NCBI GenBank assembly: GCA_965243185.1
Contig: OZ251531.1
Span: 2,534,532 to 2,598,531 of the forward strand
Reading direction: 5' to 3'
Origin: Dehalococcoidia bacterium
GTDB taxonomy: Bacteria > Chloroflexota > Dehalococcoidia > Lucifugimonadales > UBA3495
Length of the DNA stretch: 64,000 nucleotides
Both the position numbers and the translations under genes were made by a program. The notes under the pieces are model-generated. The model was not told where the DNA came from. It worked only from the letters and a program-made list of their open reading frames with translations, and ran no database searches. Below, piece after piece: positions 55,122 through 62,906 of the stretch. How positions within the stretch are numbered: the first letter of the stretch is position 1; every line of letters begins with the position of its first letter.

Positions 55122-55313
55122 ATGAAACTCGATGAAATTACGGCCTTCAACCTGAAAACCCGCCAGCGAACGACCATCCTCGACCCCAAACTGGTGACCC
55201 ACAACAACGGCACCAAAGCGGTAACCGGCACCGCCGCCGATGACGGCGTCACCAAGGTGCACAAGTTCATCTCCAAAGCCGACGCCGCCAAACTGGAGCC
55301 GCAGTTGCAGTAG
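55122..55313 (+). CDS. Small (63 aa) protein, paralog of 54533-54727
   Basis: ITAFNLKTRQRTTILDPKLVTHNNGTKAVTGTAADDGVTKVHKFISKADA aligns with the divergent neighbour. Confidence 0.55.
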   Translation: MKLDEITAFNLKTRQRTTILDPKLVTHNNGTKAVTGTAADDGVTKVHKFISKADAAKLEPQLQ

Positions 55314-55411
55314 CCGCCCGCCGGCACAGCAACGGGATACCGCCCGCGGCCCGCCCGGCACCGCTAACCCCGGAGCAGCTCCAACCGGCCGACCAGTTCC
55401 CTGACTACTTT

Positions 55412-55460
55412 ACTGCGGGCGCAGCTTCCAAGGCCGGAAACTGCGCCCGCAGTTTGTTTA
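55412..55460 (+). terminator. Rho-independent terminator
   Basis: actgcgggcgcag-(16 nt)-ctgcgcccgcagt is followed by ttgttta. Confidence 0.65.
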
Positions 55461-55534
55461 TCACCCCCGGCTGAACCGGCCGGCAAAATCCTATCCCTGT
55501 CCCCGTCCTATTTCCCCCGAGTCGAGGTTTTGCC

Positions 55535-55867
55535 ATGGATACCGCCGCGCCGCCGACCCGCTGCCAACGTTGCCGCAAGGATGTCAGCAACCGTTGGTCT
55601 TTTGTTTTCAAGGGGCGCGCCGCCGCCGGGAACGGGACGCCACCGGAAACGATCAAGTGCTTTTTCTGCGCCCTGCTGCACCGGCCAATGCTGAAACGCT
55701 CGGCTATCGCCGGCTTGGTCGTCGGCACCATCCTGACTCTGCTCAACCAAGGCGACCGGCTGCTGTTGGGACACTGGCACGAAACCCACCTCTACCAGAT
55801 ACCCTTGACCTACTGTGTGCCATTCCTGGTCGCCACCTACGGTGCATTGGTCAACGGGCGACGCTAG
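55535..55867 (+). CDS. NrtS-like (nitrate/nitrite transporter NrtS family) small membrane protein with an N-terminal Cys-pair extension
   Basis: SAIAGLVVGTILTLLNQGDRLLLG...IPLTYCVPFLVATYGALVN is present. The N-terminus carries CQRC...CFFC. Confidence 0.55.
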   Translation: MDTAAPPTRCQRCRKDVSNRWSFVFKGRAAAGNGTPPETIKCFFCALLHRPMLKRSAIAGLVVGTILTLLNQGDRLLLGHWHETHLYQIPLTYCVPFLVATYGALVNGRR

Positions 55868-55953
55868 AGAGAGCAACCCGGAAACGAACCGGCGGAGCTT
55901 TCGGGAAAATATCCCGTAAAGCTCCGCCGCTTCTGTTTAAGCCGGTGCCGGAA

Positions 55954-56604
55954 TTAGCCCAACTTGCGGATGACCTGCACCACCCGGCCGCGCACTTCCA
56001 CATTGTCGGCGGCGGAATAGATGGGCTCCATCTGGCTGTTGGCCGGCTGGAGTCGGACCTGGCTGCCCTCTGGGTAGAACTTTTTGAGGGTAGCCTCCTC
56101 CTCCTCTTTCAACCAGGCCACCACCGTCTCGCCGGTATCGGCGTTTTCGGCGGGCTGAACGATGACCACATCCCCGTCATCGATGAACGAGTCGATCATC
56201 GACTGTCCCTGCACTTCCAGACCGTACAGCCGGCGGTAGCGGCGGGCCAGCTCCGGCGAAACCTCGATAGTGTCGAACTCCTCCCCGGCGAGGCTGCCCT
56301 CGGCGGAAAAAGCCGGCAACGGCGCGCCGGCGGCGATGCGGCCCACAATCTGGATTTTCGGCACCGGGCCTTTGGGCTTGCCGCTCTCGTCCAGCAGCTC
56401 GATGCCCCGGGCCATATCCGGCCGGCGGATCAGGTAGCCGTCCCGGTCCAGAATCCGCAGGTTATAGTCCACCACCGAAGTGGAACTGATGTCGCAGGCC
56501 AGCTGAATGTCCCGCACCGTCGGCGGCAGGCCGTGGTCCTCGATAAAGGTCTCGATGAACTCCAGTATCCGCTTCCGGCGGGGCGGCATCTTGTTAATCG
56601 GCAT
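55954..56604 (-). CDS. lexA: LexA repressor
   Basis: RRKRILEFIETFIEDHGLPPTVRDIQLACDISSTSVVDYNLRILDRDGYLIR (wHTH) is present, together with VGRIAAG and the S24 peptidase strings GQSMIDSFIDDGDVVIV and TLKKF. Confidence 0.9.
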   Translation of the reverse strand: MPINKMPPRRKRILEFIETFIEDHGLPPTVRDIQLACDISSTSVVDYNLRILDRDGYLIRRPDMARGIELLDESGKPKGPVPKIQIVGRIAAGAPLPAFSAEGSLAGEEFDTIEVSPELARRYRRLYGLEVQGQSMIDSFIDDGDVVIVQPAENADTGETVVAWLKEEEEATLKKFYPEGSQVRLQPANSQMEPIYSAADNVEVRGRVVQVIRKLG

Positions 56605-56620
56605 AACTCAACTCCTTCAC

Positions 56621-56634
56621 AAAACTATTGTTCT
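56621..56634 (-). promoter_or_regulatory. Candidate LexA operator (AGAAC-N4-GTTTT on the lexA strand) overlapping the likely -10 region
   Basis: The plus strand reads aaaactattgttct. This is one mismatch from GAAC-N4-GTTC and lies 17-30 nt upstream of the lexA ATG. Confidence 0.45.
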
Positions 56635-56645
56635 TATGAAGGTAA

Positions 56646-56674
56646 CAAAAATAAAAGTCCCTGTCAACAGGGAC
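56646..56674 (-). terminator. Rho-independent terminator downstream of rpsT
   Basis: On the minus strand, gtccctg-ttga-cagggac is followed by ttttattttt. Confidence 0.65.
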
Positions 56675-56791
56675 GCGTCAGCGAATTTGGAAATTCGTTC
56701 CCTTTGCGCGAGGCCGTTGCCCATCTGCCCGCAAGTTCAGGTCCAGCGGGCAAAGGCCGGCAAAGGGAATGGAGCGGAGCAGATAGGGGGT

Positions 56792-57046
56792 TCAGTTCGT
56801 CAACTGATTAAGGCGGGCGGCCAGACGGGACTTGCGGCGGGAAGCGTTGTTCTTGTGCAGGATACCCTTTTTGACCGCCTGGTCCAGGACGCTGATGGCG
56901 TGGCGGATAGCCGGTTCAGCTGCGGCGGCATCGCCGCTGCCCATCGCCCGGCGGGCGGCAGTAACAGCGGTGCGGGTAGTGCGGCGGATACTCTGATTGC
57001 GGCGATACCGCTTGACGGATTTGCGGGCGGCTTTCTTAGCGGGCAA
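56792..57046 (-). CDS. rpsT: 30S ribosomal protein S20
   Basis: A TTG at 57046 follows an AAGGAGAGG RBS. PAKKAARKSVKRYRRNQSIRRTTRTAV...AISVLDQAVKKGILHKNNASRRKSRLA is present. Confidence 0.85.
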   Translation of the reverse strand: MPAKKAARKSVKRYRRNQSIRRTTRTAVTAARRAMGSGDAAAAEPAIRHAISVLDQAVKKGILHKNNASRRKSRLAARLNQLTN

Positions 57047-57270
57047 GTAATTCCTCTCCTTTATCGTTGTCCCCGGAGTCCAGTTTAGGTATCCCCGGAA
57101 AGCTGTTTTGCCCATTATAACGGAAAAGGCTAGAGATTGCCAACACTATTTTGATGCAGTCGGACGCAGGATTGCCGGCGCCGGATGACACTACCTTGTC
57201 CCACCCCTACACCCGGAAATACCCCCAGCCCAACGGCCGGTTGTCAATGCCGTCGCAACGGGCCGCCCGG

Positions 57271-57651
57271 CTACTCCCCGGCCAGCCGCTCCGCTTCCCG
57301 GATGTAGTCCAAGGTTTCCCGGATGTCTTGAATCAAGGCTTCCGCCGGTTCGCAGTTGCCATCGTAAAAGCACATACCGTGCAGCACATTGGCGCGGGTG
57401 TTGTAAGGCCCTTCCAATAGGCCGATTTCCGGGTCGCTGCGGAAAGAGCGCAGGCCGCGTATCGTTTGCCCGGCGCTGCGGGGTTCCCGGCCAGTGCGGG
57501 CCAGGAGCAGCCCGTCGGTGGCCCCCTTGGTCGCGCCCCATGCCTTTTCCGCCGAATTACGCAGCTTGCCCTGCGCCAACTGCTCCAGGGCTTCATCATA
57601 AAGCTCCCGGGCGTTGGCAAAGAGAACGCTGACCCGTTCCGGTTCCTGCAT
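57271..57651 (-). CDS. PaREP1/HEPN-like helical protein
   Basis: ELYDEALEQLAQGKLRNSAEKAWGATKGATDGLLLART is present (the SEKxWGA-type motif remembered from the PaREP1 family). The assignment is tentative. Confidence 0.4.
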   Translation of the reverse strand: MQEPERVSVLFANARELYDEALEQLAQGKLRNSAEKAWGATKGATDGLLLARTGREPRSAGQTIRGLRSFRSDPEIGLLEGPYNTRANVLHGMCFYDGNCEPAEALIQDIRETLDYIREAERLAGE

Positions 57652-57762
57652 ATTGCGACTCCGTTACTTCCCTGCTGTCCGTGTTACGCCGGACAATTCC
57701 GGATACTTGCTGGAACGGGAATGATGGCGGCGGCAAGGGCAATCCTTGCCGCCGCCAAATCC

Positions 57763-58926
57763 CTAGCCGTACTCTTGCCGCAGCTCTTGCGCCGCTTCGG
57801 TTATGACCGCCATTTTCCGCACGGCGGCCTCAGCCGTGTTGATGTTGCGCTCGGCAAAGGTGCCGAAACCGCAATCCGGGTTCAGGTACAGCTTGTCCGG
57901 GTCAAAGTAAGCCAGCATTTCCTTGACCCGGGCTACAATCTGCGCCGGCGTTTCCAGTTCGTCGGTGCGGGGATTGACGACGCCGAAGCCGATTTCCTTT
58001 TCGTTGGCGTATTCCTTGAAAACTTCCATTTCCCCGGCCCGGGGCGTGGCGCACTCCAGCACCAGTTGGTCCACATTCATCTGCACCAGATAGGGCAACA
58101 GCGGGCCGTAGTTGCCGGTCAGCAGCACTTCCTCTTTGCGGCTCCAGTTGCCGCGGCAGATGTGGACGCCCAGTTTGATGCCCTCAATGTCCTCAGCCAC
58201 TTCGTTCATCAGGCGCAGGGCAAACTCCAGTTCGGTAGTGGGATCGCGGCGCTGCGGCAGGGAGGCGCACATAAAGGTTTCGCTGCTTTCCTCGCCCAGC
58301 ACTACCTGGGTCAGGATGGGTTCATCGTACTGGATAAAGTCCGCGCCCATATCGCGCAGTTTGATGGTTTCCTCCCGCAGGATGGCGACCACATCCCGGG
58401 CCAAATCCTCCGGGCTGGGATAGACCTGGTCGGAAAGCCCCTCGAACCAACTGGAGCGGGTCAGCATATAGGGGCCGGGCAGGGGGATTTTGACCGCCCG
58501 GTCGGTGTGCTGCTTGACGAAAGCCAATTCGTCAAGGGACAAGCCCTCTTTGGCTGCGATTTTTTCGGTAACGATGGGGCTTTTGATGGCGAAAGCCGGC
58601 ACATCGAGGGCGCGCAGGGTTTCCTCGAGCCGGGCCCGGTCTTTGGCGTAGTCGAGCAGTTGGGAAACCTGCATCAGCTGCATCCCGGCGATTTTGCCGA
58701 CTACATAGGAATAGAAGTTGTCCCGCCGCTGCTCCCCATCGCTGAGCAGGTCAACGCCGGCCTCCTCCTGGGCTTTCAGGGCCTCCAAGACGGCAGTGTC
58801 GGCTACGGCGTTGAACTCGTCCGCGGAAATTTCCTCGGCTTGGCGGCGGCGCAGGGCTTGAATCAACTCCGGAGGCCGCGGCCAACTGCCGACTACGGTA
58901 ACCGGAAACAGGGGTAGGTCTGCCAT
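57763..58926 (-). CDS. Cobalamin-independent methionine synthase II family (MetE C-terminal-like) protein
   Basis: LPLFPVTVVGSWPRP, DLLSDGEQRRDNF, IQYDEP, LGVHICRGN and NPDCGF are present. Confidence 0.8.
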   Translation of the reverse strand: MADLPLFPVTVVGSWPRPPELIQALRRRQAEEISADEFNAVADTAVLEALKAQEEAGVDLLSDGEQRRDNFYSYVVGKIAGMQLMQVSQLLDYAKDRARLEETLRALDVPAFAIKSPIVTEKIAAKEGLSLDELAFVKQHTDRAVKIPLPGPYMLTRSSWFEGLSDQVYPSPEDLARDVVAILREETIKLRDMGADFIQYDEPILTQVVLGEESSETFMCASLPQRRDPTTELEFALRLMNEVAEDIEGIKLGVHICRGNWSRKEEVLLTGNYGPLLPYLVQMNVDQLVLECATPRAGEMEVFKEYANEKEIGFGVVNPRTDELETPAQIVARVKEMLAYFDPDKLYLNPDCGFGTFAERNINTAEAAVRKMAVITEAAQELRQEYG

Positions 58927-58943
58927 TAGCTCCTCCTCTGATG

Positions 58944-59732
58944 TTATTCCTGATTAGTCCAGTGCGGCTCCCGTTTTTCCAGAAAGGCGGCGATGCCTTC
59001 CTGCCCGTCGGCGGCCAGCAGGTTCTCAACCATAGTTTGCTGAGCGATGGCATAGGCCGCCGGGCGGTCGGGGGCTTGCAGTTGGCGGTAAAAGGTTTCC
59101 TTGCCCACGGCCAGGGTGTAGGCGCTGGCTTGGGCAATGTGGCGGGCCAGTTCCATAACCTGACTTTCCAGCTGGTCATCGGGGACTACCCGGTTGACCA
59201 AGCCCAACTCCAAGGCTTTTTGCGCCGGAATGGGGATGCCGGTCAGCAGCATTTCCATCGCCGGCTTGGGGTTCACCGCCCGGGCCAGAGCCACCGCCGG
59301 CGTGGAACAGAACAAGCCAATCTGCACGCCGGGGGTGCAGAAACTTGCCGATGCGGCGGCCACCGCCAAATCGCAGGTGGCGGCCAGTTGGCAGCCGGCC
59401 GCCGTAGCCAAGCCCTGCACCTGGGCGATGACCGGCTGGGGCAGCAGGCGGATGGCTTCCATCACGGCGGTACATTCGGCGAACAAGCCGGTGAAACTTT
59501 CCCGGTCGTCCCCCACCATTTCCCGCAGGTCGTGGCCGGAGCTGAACACCGGCCCTTGGGAACGGATTACCACTACCCGGGCCGCCGGGTCGGTTTTGAT
59601 GCGGGCCAAGTGGTCATGCAGGGCATCGAGAACCGCGCCGGAGAGGGCATTGCGCCGCCCCGGGTTGTTCAGGGTCAGTAGGGCAATGGAGTCAACCAGT
59701 TCGTAAATAACCGGCGGTTCAACCGTAACCAT
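58944..59732 (-). CDS. Enoyl-CoA hydratase/isomerase family protein
   Basis: An ATG at 59732 follows GGAGG (alternative GTG at 59762). LTLNNPGRRNALS, FSSGHDL and VIAQVQGLATAAGCQLAATCDLAVAA are present. Confidence 0.85.
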   Translation of the reverse strand: MVTVEPPVIYELVDSIALLTLNNPGRRNALSGAVLDALHDHLARIKTDPAARVVVIRSQGPVFSSGHDLREMVGDDRESFTGLFAECTAVMEAIRLLPQPVIAQVQGLATAAGCQLAATCDLAVAAASASFCTPGVQIGLFCSTPAVALARAVNPKPAMEMLLTGIPIPAQKALELGLVNRVVPDDQLESQVMELARHIAQASAYTLAVGKETFYRQLQAPDRPAAYAIAQQTMVENLLAADGQEGIAAFLEKREPHWTNQE

Positions 59733-59884
59733 AACAGCAGCGCCTCCATTTCTGGATAGCACAGTGTAACACCAACCGGCGGCTGGGGTCTAGGGCTGAT
59801 GGGGGATACCGACCGGTGCAACGGCATACTTCCTGGGGCGTGTTCCCACTAATCATTGACGCCCCGGATAACCGACTCTATAGC

Positions 59885-60152
59885 TATGTCATTCCGACCG
59901 AAGGGAGGAATCTCAAATGCCCGCCCTTGACTCCTTCCCAGATTCTTAAATTCCCCCCTCTTAACGTCATTCCCACGAAAGTGAGAATCCAGAACCCCCT
60001 ATGTCATTCCCTTGCACTGTTACCCATGTCATTCCGAGGCGCAGCCGAGGAATCTAGAACGCCGCCCCCGCAACCCCCTACAACACAACCAGCCATTCCC
60101 CAAACTCAAAAGTTTTGAGGGGGTGCGGGGGAACTTTTACAAAAGTTCCCCC
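59885..60152. repeat. Repeat cluster: family A, family B, family-A half, caaaagttttgaggg motif and family-C palindrome
   Basis: The units are read directly. The order mirrors the cluster upstream of paralog 1 (365-660, opposite strand). Confidence 0.85.
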
Positions 60153-60228
60153 GCCGTCTCTTTTTGAATCCCTCTCCCGGGAACACCCATCCCGGGCCCA
60201 AAAAAATTTTTAATTTTTAGTCCCCCAA

Positions 60229-60237
60229 CCCCCCCCC
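60229..60237. repeat. C9 homopolymer 145 bp upstream of paralog 3
   Basis: Counted directly in tcccccaa-ccccccccc-ggt. Confidence 0.95.
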
Positions 60238-60268
60238 GGTAGCCAACCCCACCCTTCCCGAAAAGTCC

Positions 60269-60329
60269 AAAAGTGTAGAAAAGGGCGGGCTTCCTGTCAA
60301 GTAGGAAGCCCGCCCTTTTCTACACTTTT
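60269..60329. other. Perfect 27-bp-stem hairpin (aaaagtgtagaaaagggcgggcttcct / aggaagcccgcccttttctacactttt) with a 7-nt loop
   Basis: Both arms were read and complement-checked. It lies 53 bp upstream of the paralog 3 start. Confidence 0.9.
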
Positions 60330-60381
60330 ATTACCGGCTTACTACCGGCATTAAAAGTCCTGCTGCCGCGGAGGTATTCCA

Positions 60382-61398
60382 ATGAACCGCTACCGATTCC
60401 CTATTGCCATCCTAATCCTGTCCGTCATGACCTTCGGACTGCTCGTTACCGCCAGTCCTACCCCGGACGCGCAAGCCGCCCCCCGCACCATCCCTTGGGA
60501 TTGCTCTGACTGGCAAGAGTCCCCGGCGGTCGCCGACGCCGCCGACGCCCGCGTCTCGATGATCCTCGAATCCCTCGCCGCCAACCGCGGCAAGTCCATC
60601 TATTGCGCCATCGACCAGTCCGACACCTGGACTAAAACCGAAACCTGGGAAGCCGGTCGGTACCGCAACGAACGGGACGACACCGTCTATTTCGGCGAAC
60701 AAGGCAACTTCCGGGGCTTTCTGGCGGCCCAAGAGGGTTATCTAACCGACGGCGAATCCGGCGTTACCGGCGTCTCCCGCGACCTTATTTTTGAGTTTCC
60801 CCGAGAGGAACGCCGCGGCAAGAAAACCGTCCGCTTCCGGGTCCGCAGCGACTCCGCCGAAACCGGCACCTGCATCACGCCGCACCCGCAAACCCTCTCG
60901 GAGAGCACGCCGGCGCCCCCCGGCACCCTGATTTGCTCTAACCTGCACGGTTCCTGGACCGGCTCCTGGATCCAAAGCTTGGCTGATCCTATGCAGCATC
61001 GGGCCCGGAACGCGTATGTCGGCCGCCCTCAAGGGGACACCGACTGGAGGTTCGACTGGCGAACCCGCGTCCGGACGTGGACTGTGCAAAATCCGGCGGT
61101 CGCCCAGGGTAGCAGCCTTAGCGAGGATGAGTGGATCGCCAAGGCGGAAGCCGCGGCCATTTCCGCTTGCCGGGCCCGGGGCGGGAAGTATGTCGCCGGC
61201 AGCGCCGATTTCGGCCCCGGCCATAACAACGAACGCGGCTCGGGCGCAAGTTATATGGGCCCCAACCATGGCTGGTTTTACGACTACCGCCGACAGAGCG
61301 AATCGGGGTTCGGGAACAATGCCCACGCTTATCAGGCGAAAGCCCGGGAAAGCCGCACCTGGAGCGGTGTCTGCACCAAACGCGTCCGCCGCCGCTAA
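60382..61398 (+). CDS. Secreted Cys-containing protein family, paralog 3 (uninterrupted)
   Basis: GGAGG lies 8 nt upstream. The signal peptide is MNRYRFPIAILILSVMTFGLLVTASP. APRTIPWDCSDWQESPAVADAADARVSMILESLAANRGKSIYCAIDQSD...GVTGVSRDLIFEFPREER is conserved with the paralogs. The C-terminal half is diverged. Confidence 0.75.
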   Translation: MNRYRFPIAILILSVMTFGLLVTASPTPDAQAAPRTIPWDCSDWQESPAVADAADARVSMILESLAANRGKSIYCAIDQSDTWTKTETWEAGRYRNERDDTVYFGEQGNFRGFLAAQEGYLTDGESGVTGVSRDLIFEFPREERRGKKTVRFRVRSDSAETGTCITPHPQTLSESTPAPPGTLICSNLHGSWTGSWIQSLADPMQHRARNAYVGRPQGDTDWRFDWRTRVRTWTVQNPAVAQGSSLSEDEWIAKAEAAAISACRARGGKYVAGSADFGPGHNNERGSGASYMGPNHGWFYDYRRQSESGFGNNAHAYQAKARESRTWSGVCTKRVRRR

Positions 61399-61488
61399 CC
61401 CGGCAACCCACAAAAAGGCGGGTCTCCCGGCCCAGCCGGGAAACCCGCCCCCCAATTCCCCCCTCCGCGTCAGCAGCAAAGCCAGCCG

Positions 61489-61950
61489 CTAATCCTTCCC
61501 GGCCTTGCCGGCCGCCCCACCGTTGCCGCGCGAATCCCGATTCCGCGCCCACTCCTCAACCTCCTTGGCCGTAGCCCCCGGGTTCTCCCCCAGAAACTCC
61601 AGCAACTCCCTCCGCCCCTCCAGCCGCCCCTCCTGCCGCCCTTCCTCCCGCCCCTCCTGCCGGTTCAACTCCCGTTCCTTCCTGCTCAGCACCTGATGCA
61701 CCCCCTTAATCTTATGCCACAGATAATCGCTCAGCCAAATCCCGCCCCCCGCCACACTCCAGCCGCCGATGACCAGGGCCAATCGCTGCTGCCAAGTCTC
61801 CTTGACATTATCCGGCGCCACACTCAAGGTAAGCCACGCAACGCCCACCGCAATAGCCACCACCAACAAAGCAACCCCAATCGTCCCGTAGCGCACCGCA
61901 AAGCGCGCCACCGCCCGTCTAACCCTGGTTCCCCCTTGCCTTACCCGCAT
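61489..61950 (-). CDS. Hypothetical membrane protein with an (E/Q)GR-repeat C-terminal region
   Basis: An ATG at 61950 follows GGAGGAG. Two TM segments are present, followed by QEGREEGRQEGRLEGRRELLEFL. Confidence 0.5.
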   Translation of the reverse strand: MRVRQGGTRVRRAVARFAVRYGTIGVALLVVAIAVGVAWLTLSVAPDNVKETWQQRLALVIGGWSVAGGGIWLSDYLWHKIKGVHQVLSRKERELNRQEGREEGRQEGRLEGRRELLEFLGENPGATAKEVEEWARNRDSRGNGGAAGKAGKD

Positions 61951-62123
61951 CGTCGCTCCTCCATTTCTCTGAAACTGCCTACCAAACCGAACCGCTTTGC
62001 TGTCAATAACTATACCACACCGCCCACCCCCTATAAAAAGCATCCCGCCCCCTACAACTCCCCCGCCGTATCTCCCACCGTCAAACCGTCATTCCCCCGC
62101 CCTAACTCCCATCCTCCGGCAAC

Positions 62124-62154
62124 CGTCATTCCCACGAAAGTGGGAATCCAGAAC
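62124..62154. repeat. Family-B repeat copy
   Basis: The sequence is cgtcattcccacgaaagtgggaatccagaac. Confidence 0.8.
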
Positions 62155-62197
62155 CCCCATTCCCAAAATTCACCCGAAAATTCATCCCATTGAACCC

Positions 62198-62226
62198 TTG
62201 ACAACTACCATTCCATCCCCCATACT
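62198..62226 (+). promoter_or_regulatory. Promoter TTGACA-17-CATACT heading a roughly 650-nt ORF-free region
   Basis: ttgaca lies at 62198-62203 and catact at 62221-62226. Confidence 0.45.
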
Positions 62227-62906
62227 TATCAGTGCGAGGTCAGACCTAGCCCCGGGACGCCGGGTCTCAAAACGATACGCTAGCTTACCGTGAAATACAG
62301 CTCACAGCGCGCTGTGGACGCATCCGGCCCCCGCGGCCGTCAAGCGTCCCTGCTCCTGCCCCCGGGGAACCGGCCCAGGAACCCGTACTTCCCCAACCGG
62401 AGCCGCGGAAAACGGCAAATCCCAATCGCCGCCAAACCGCTACTCCTTCCCTAAAGGAGCTGGAGTTAATAGGTTGACTGGAGGTCGGTCAACCAACGGT
62501 AGCTGGACTGGGCCAACCCGCCGGCATGGCAACCATACCAACCGGCGTCAGTAGCCAATTCAAGGTCCATTTGCCGCTAGGCAATCGGGTCGGGAAACGT
62601 CTCGCCGGATGTACGCCGATGTTCCCATTGACGCAGGCAACCCAATGGCCCCTTTGCCAGCCGCCTCCCGCACGGGCGGAACTCCCGGCCAGGGGTTCCG
62701 CCCCCCGCGAACTAACTCCCTAGCAATAGCAAAACCCCAACCCGCCGGGGCGGCCAAAAAGCCGCCGCCCCGGCAATTCCCCGTACTTGAACCAGCCCCC
62801 AATCGCCACCCCCGCGTCCTAACCCCCGCCGCCCCATCCTCCAATTCCCAATTCAATGCTATACTAAAACCCGCCCATCACCCTATCCCCGGCAGGTTAA
62901 ACCGCT

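Noticed and set aside
62233-62780. Possible tmRNA, RNase P RNA, SRP RNA, cobalamin or TPP riboswitch, or ORF-less group II intron (GTGCG at 62243)
   Set aside because: - There is no GGAAAGTCC-type RNase P core.
- There is no tRNA-like 3' end with TTCGA loop and CCA context, and no plausible tag reading frame.
- There is no B12 box (GCCACTG).
- There is no domain V with an AGC triad and GNRA loop, and no reverse transcriptase nearby.
- The region is kept only as an unclassified structured region.
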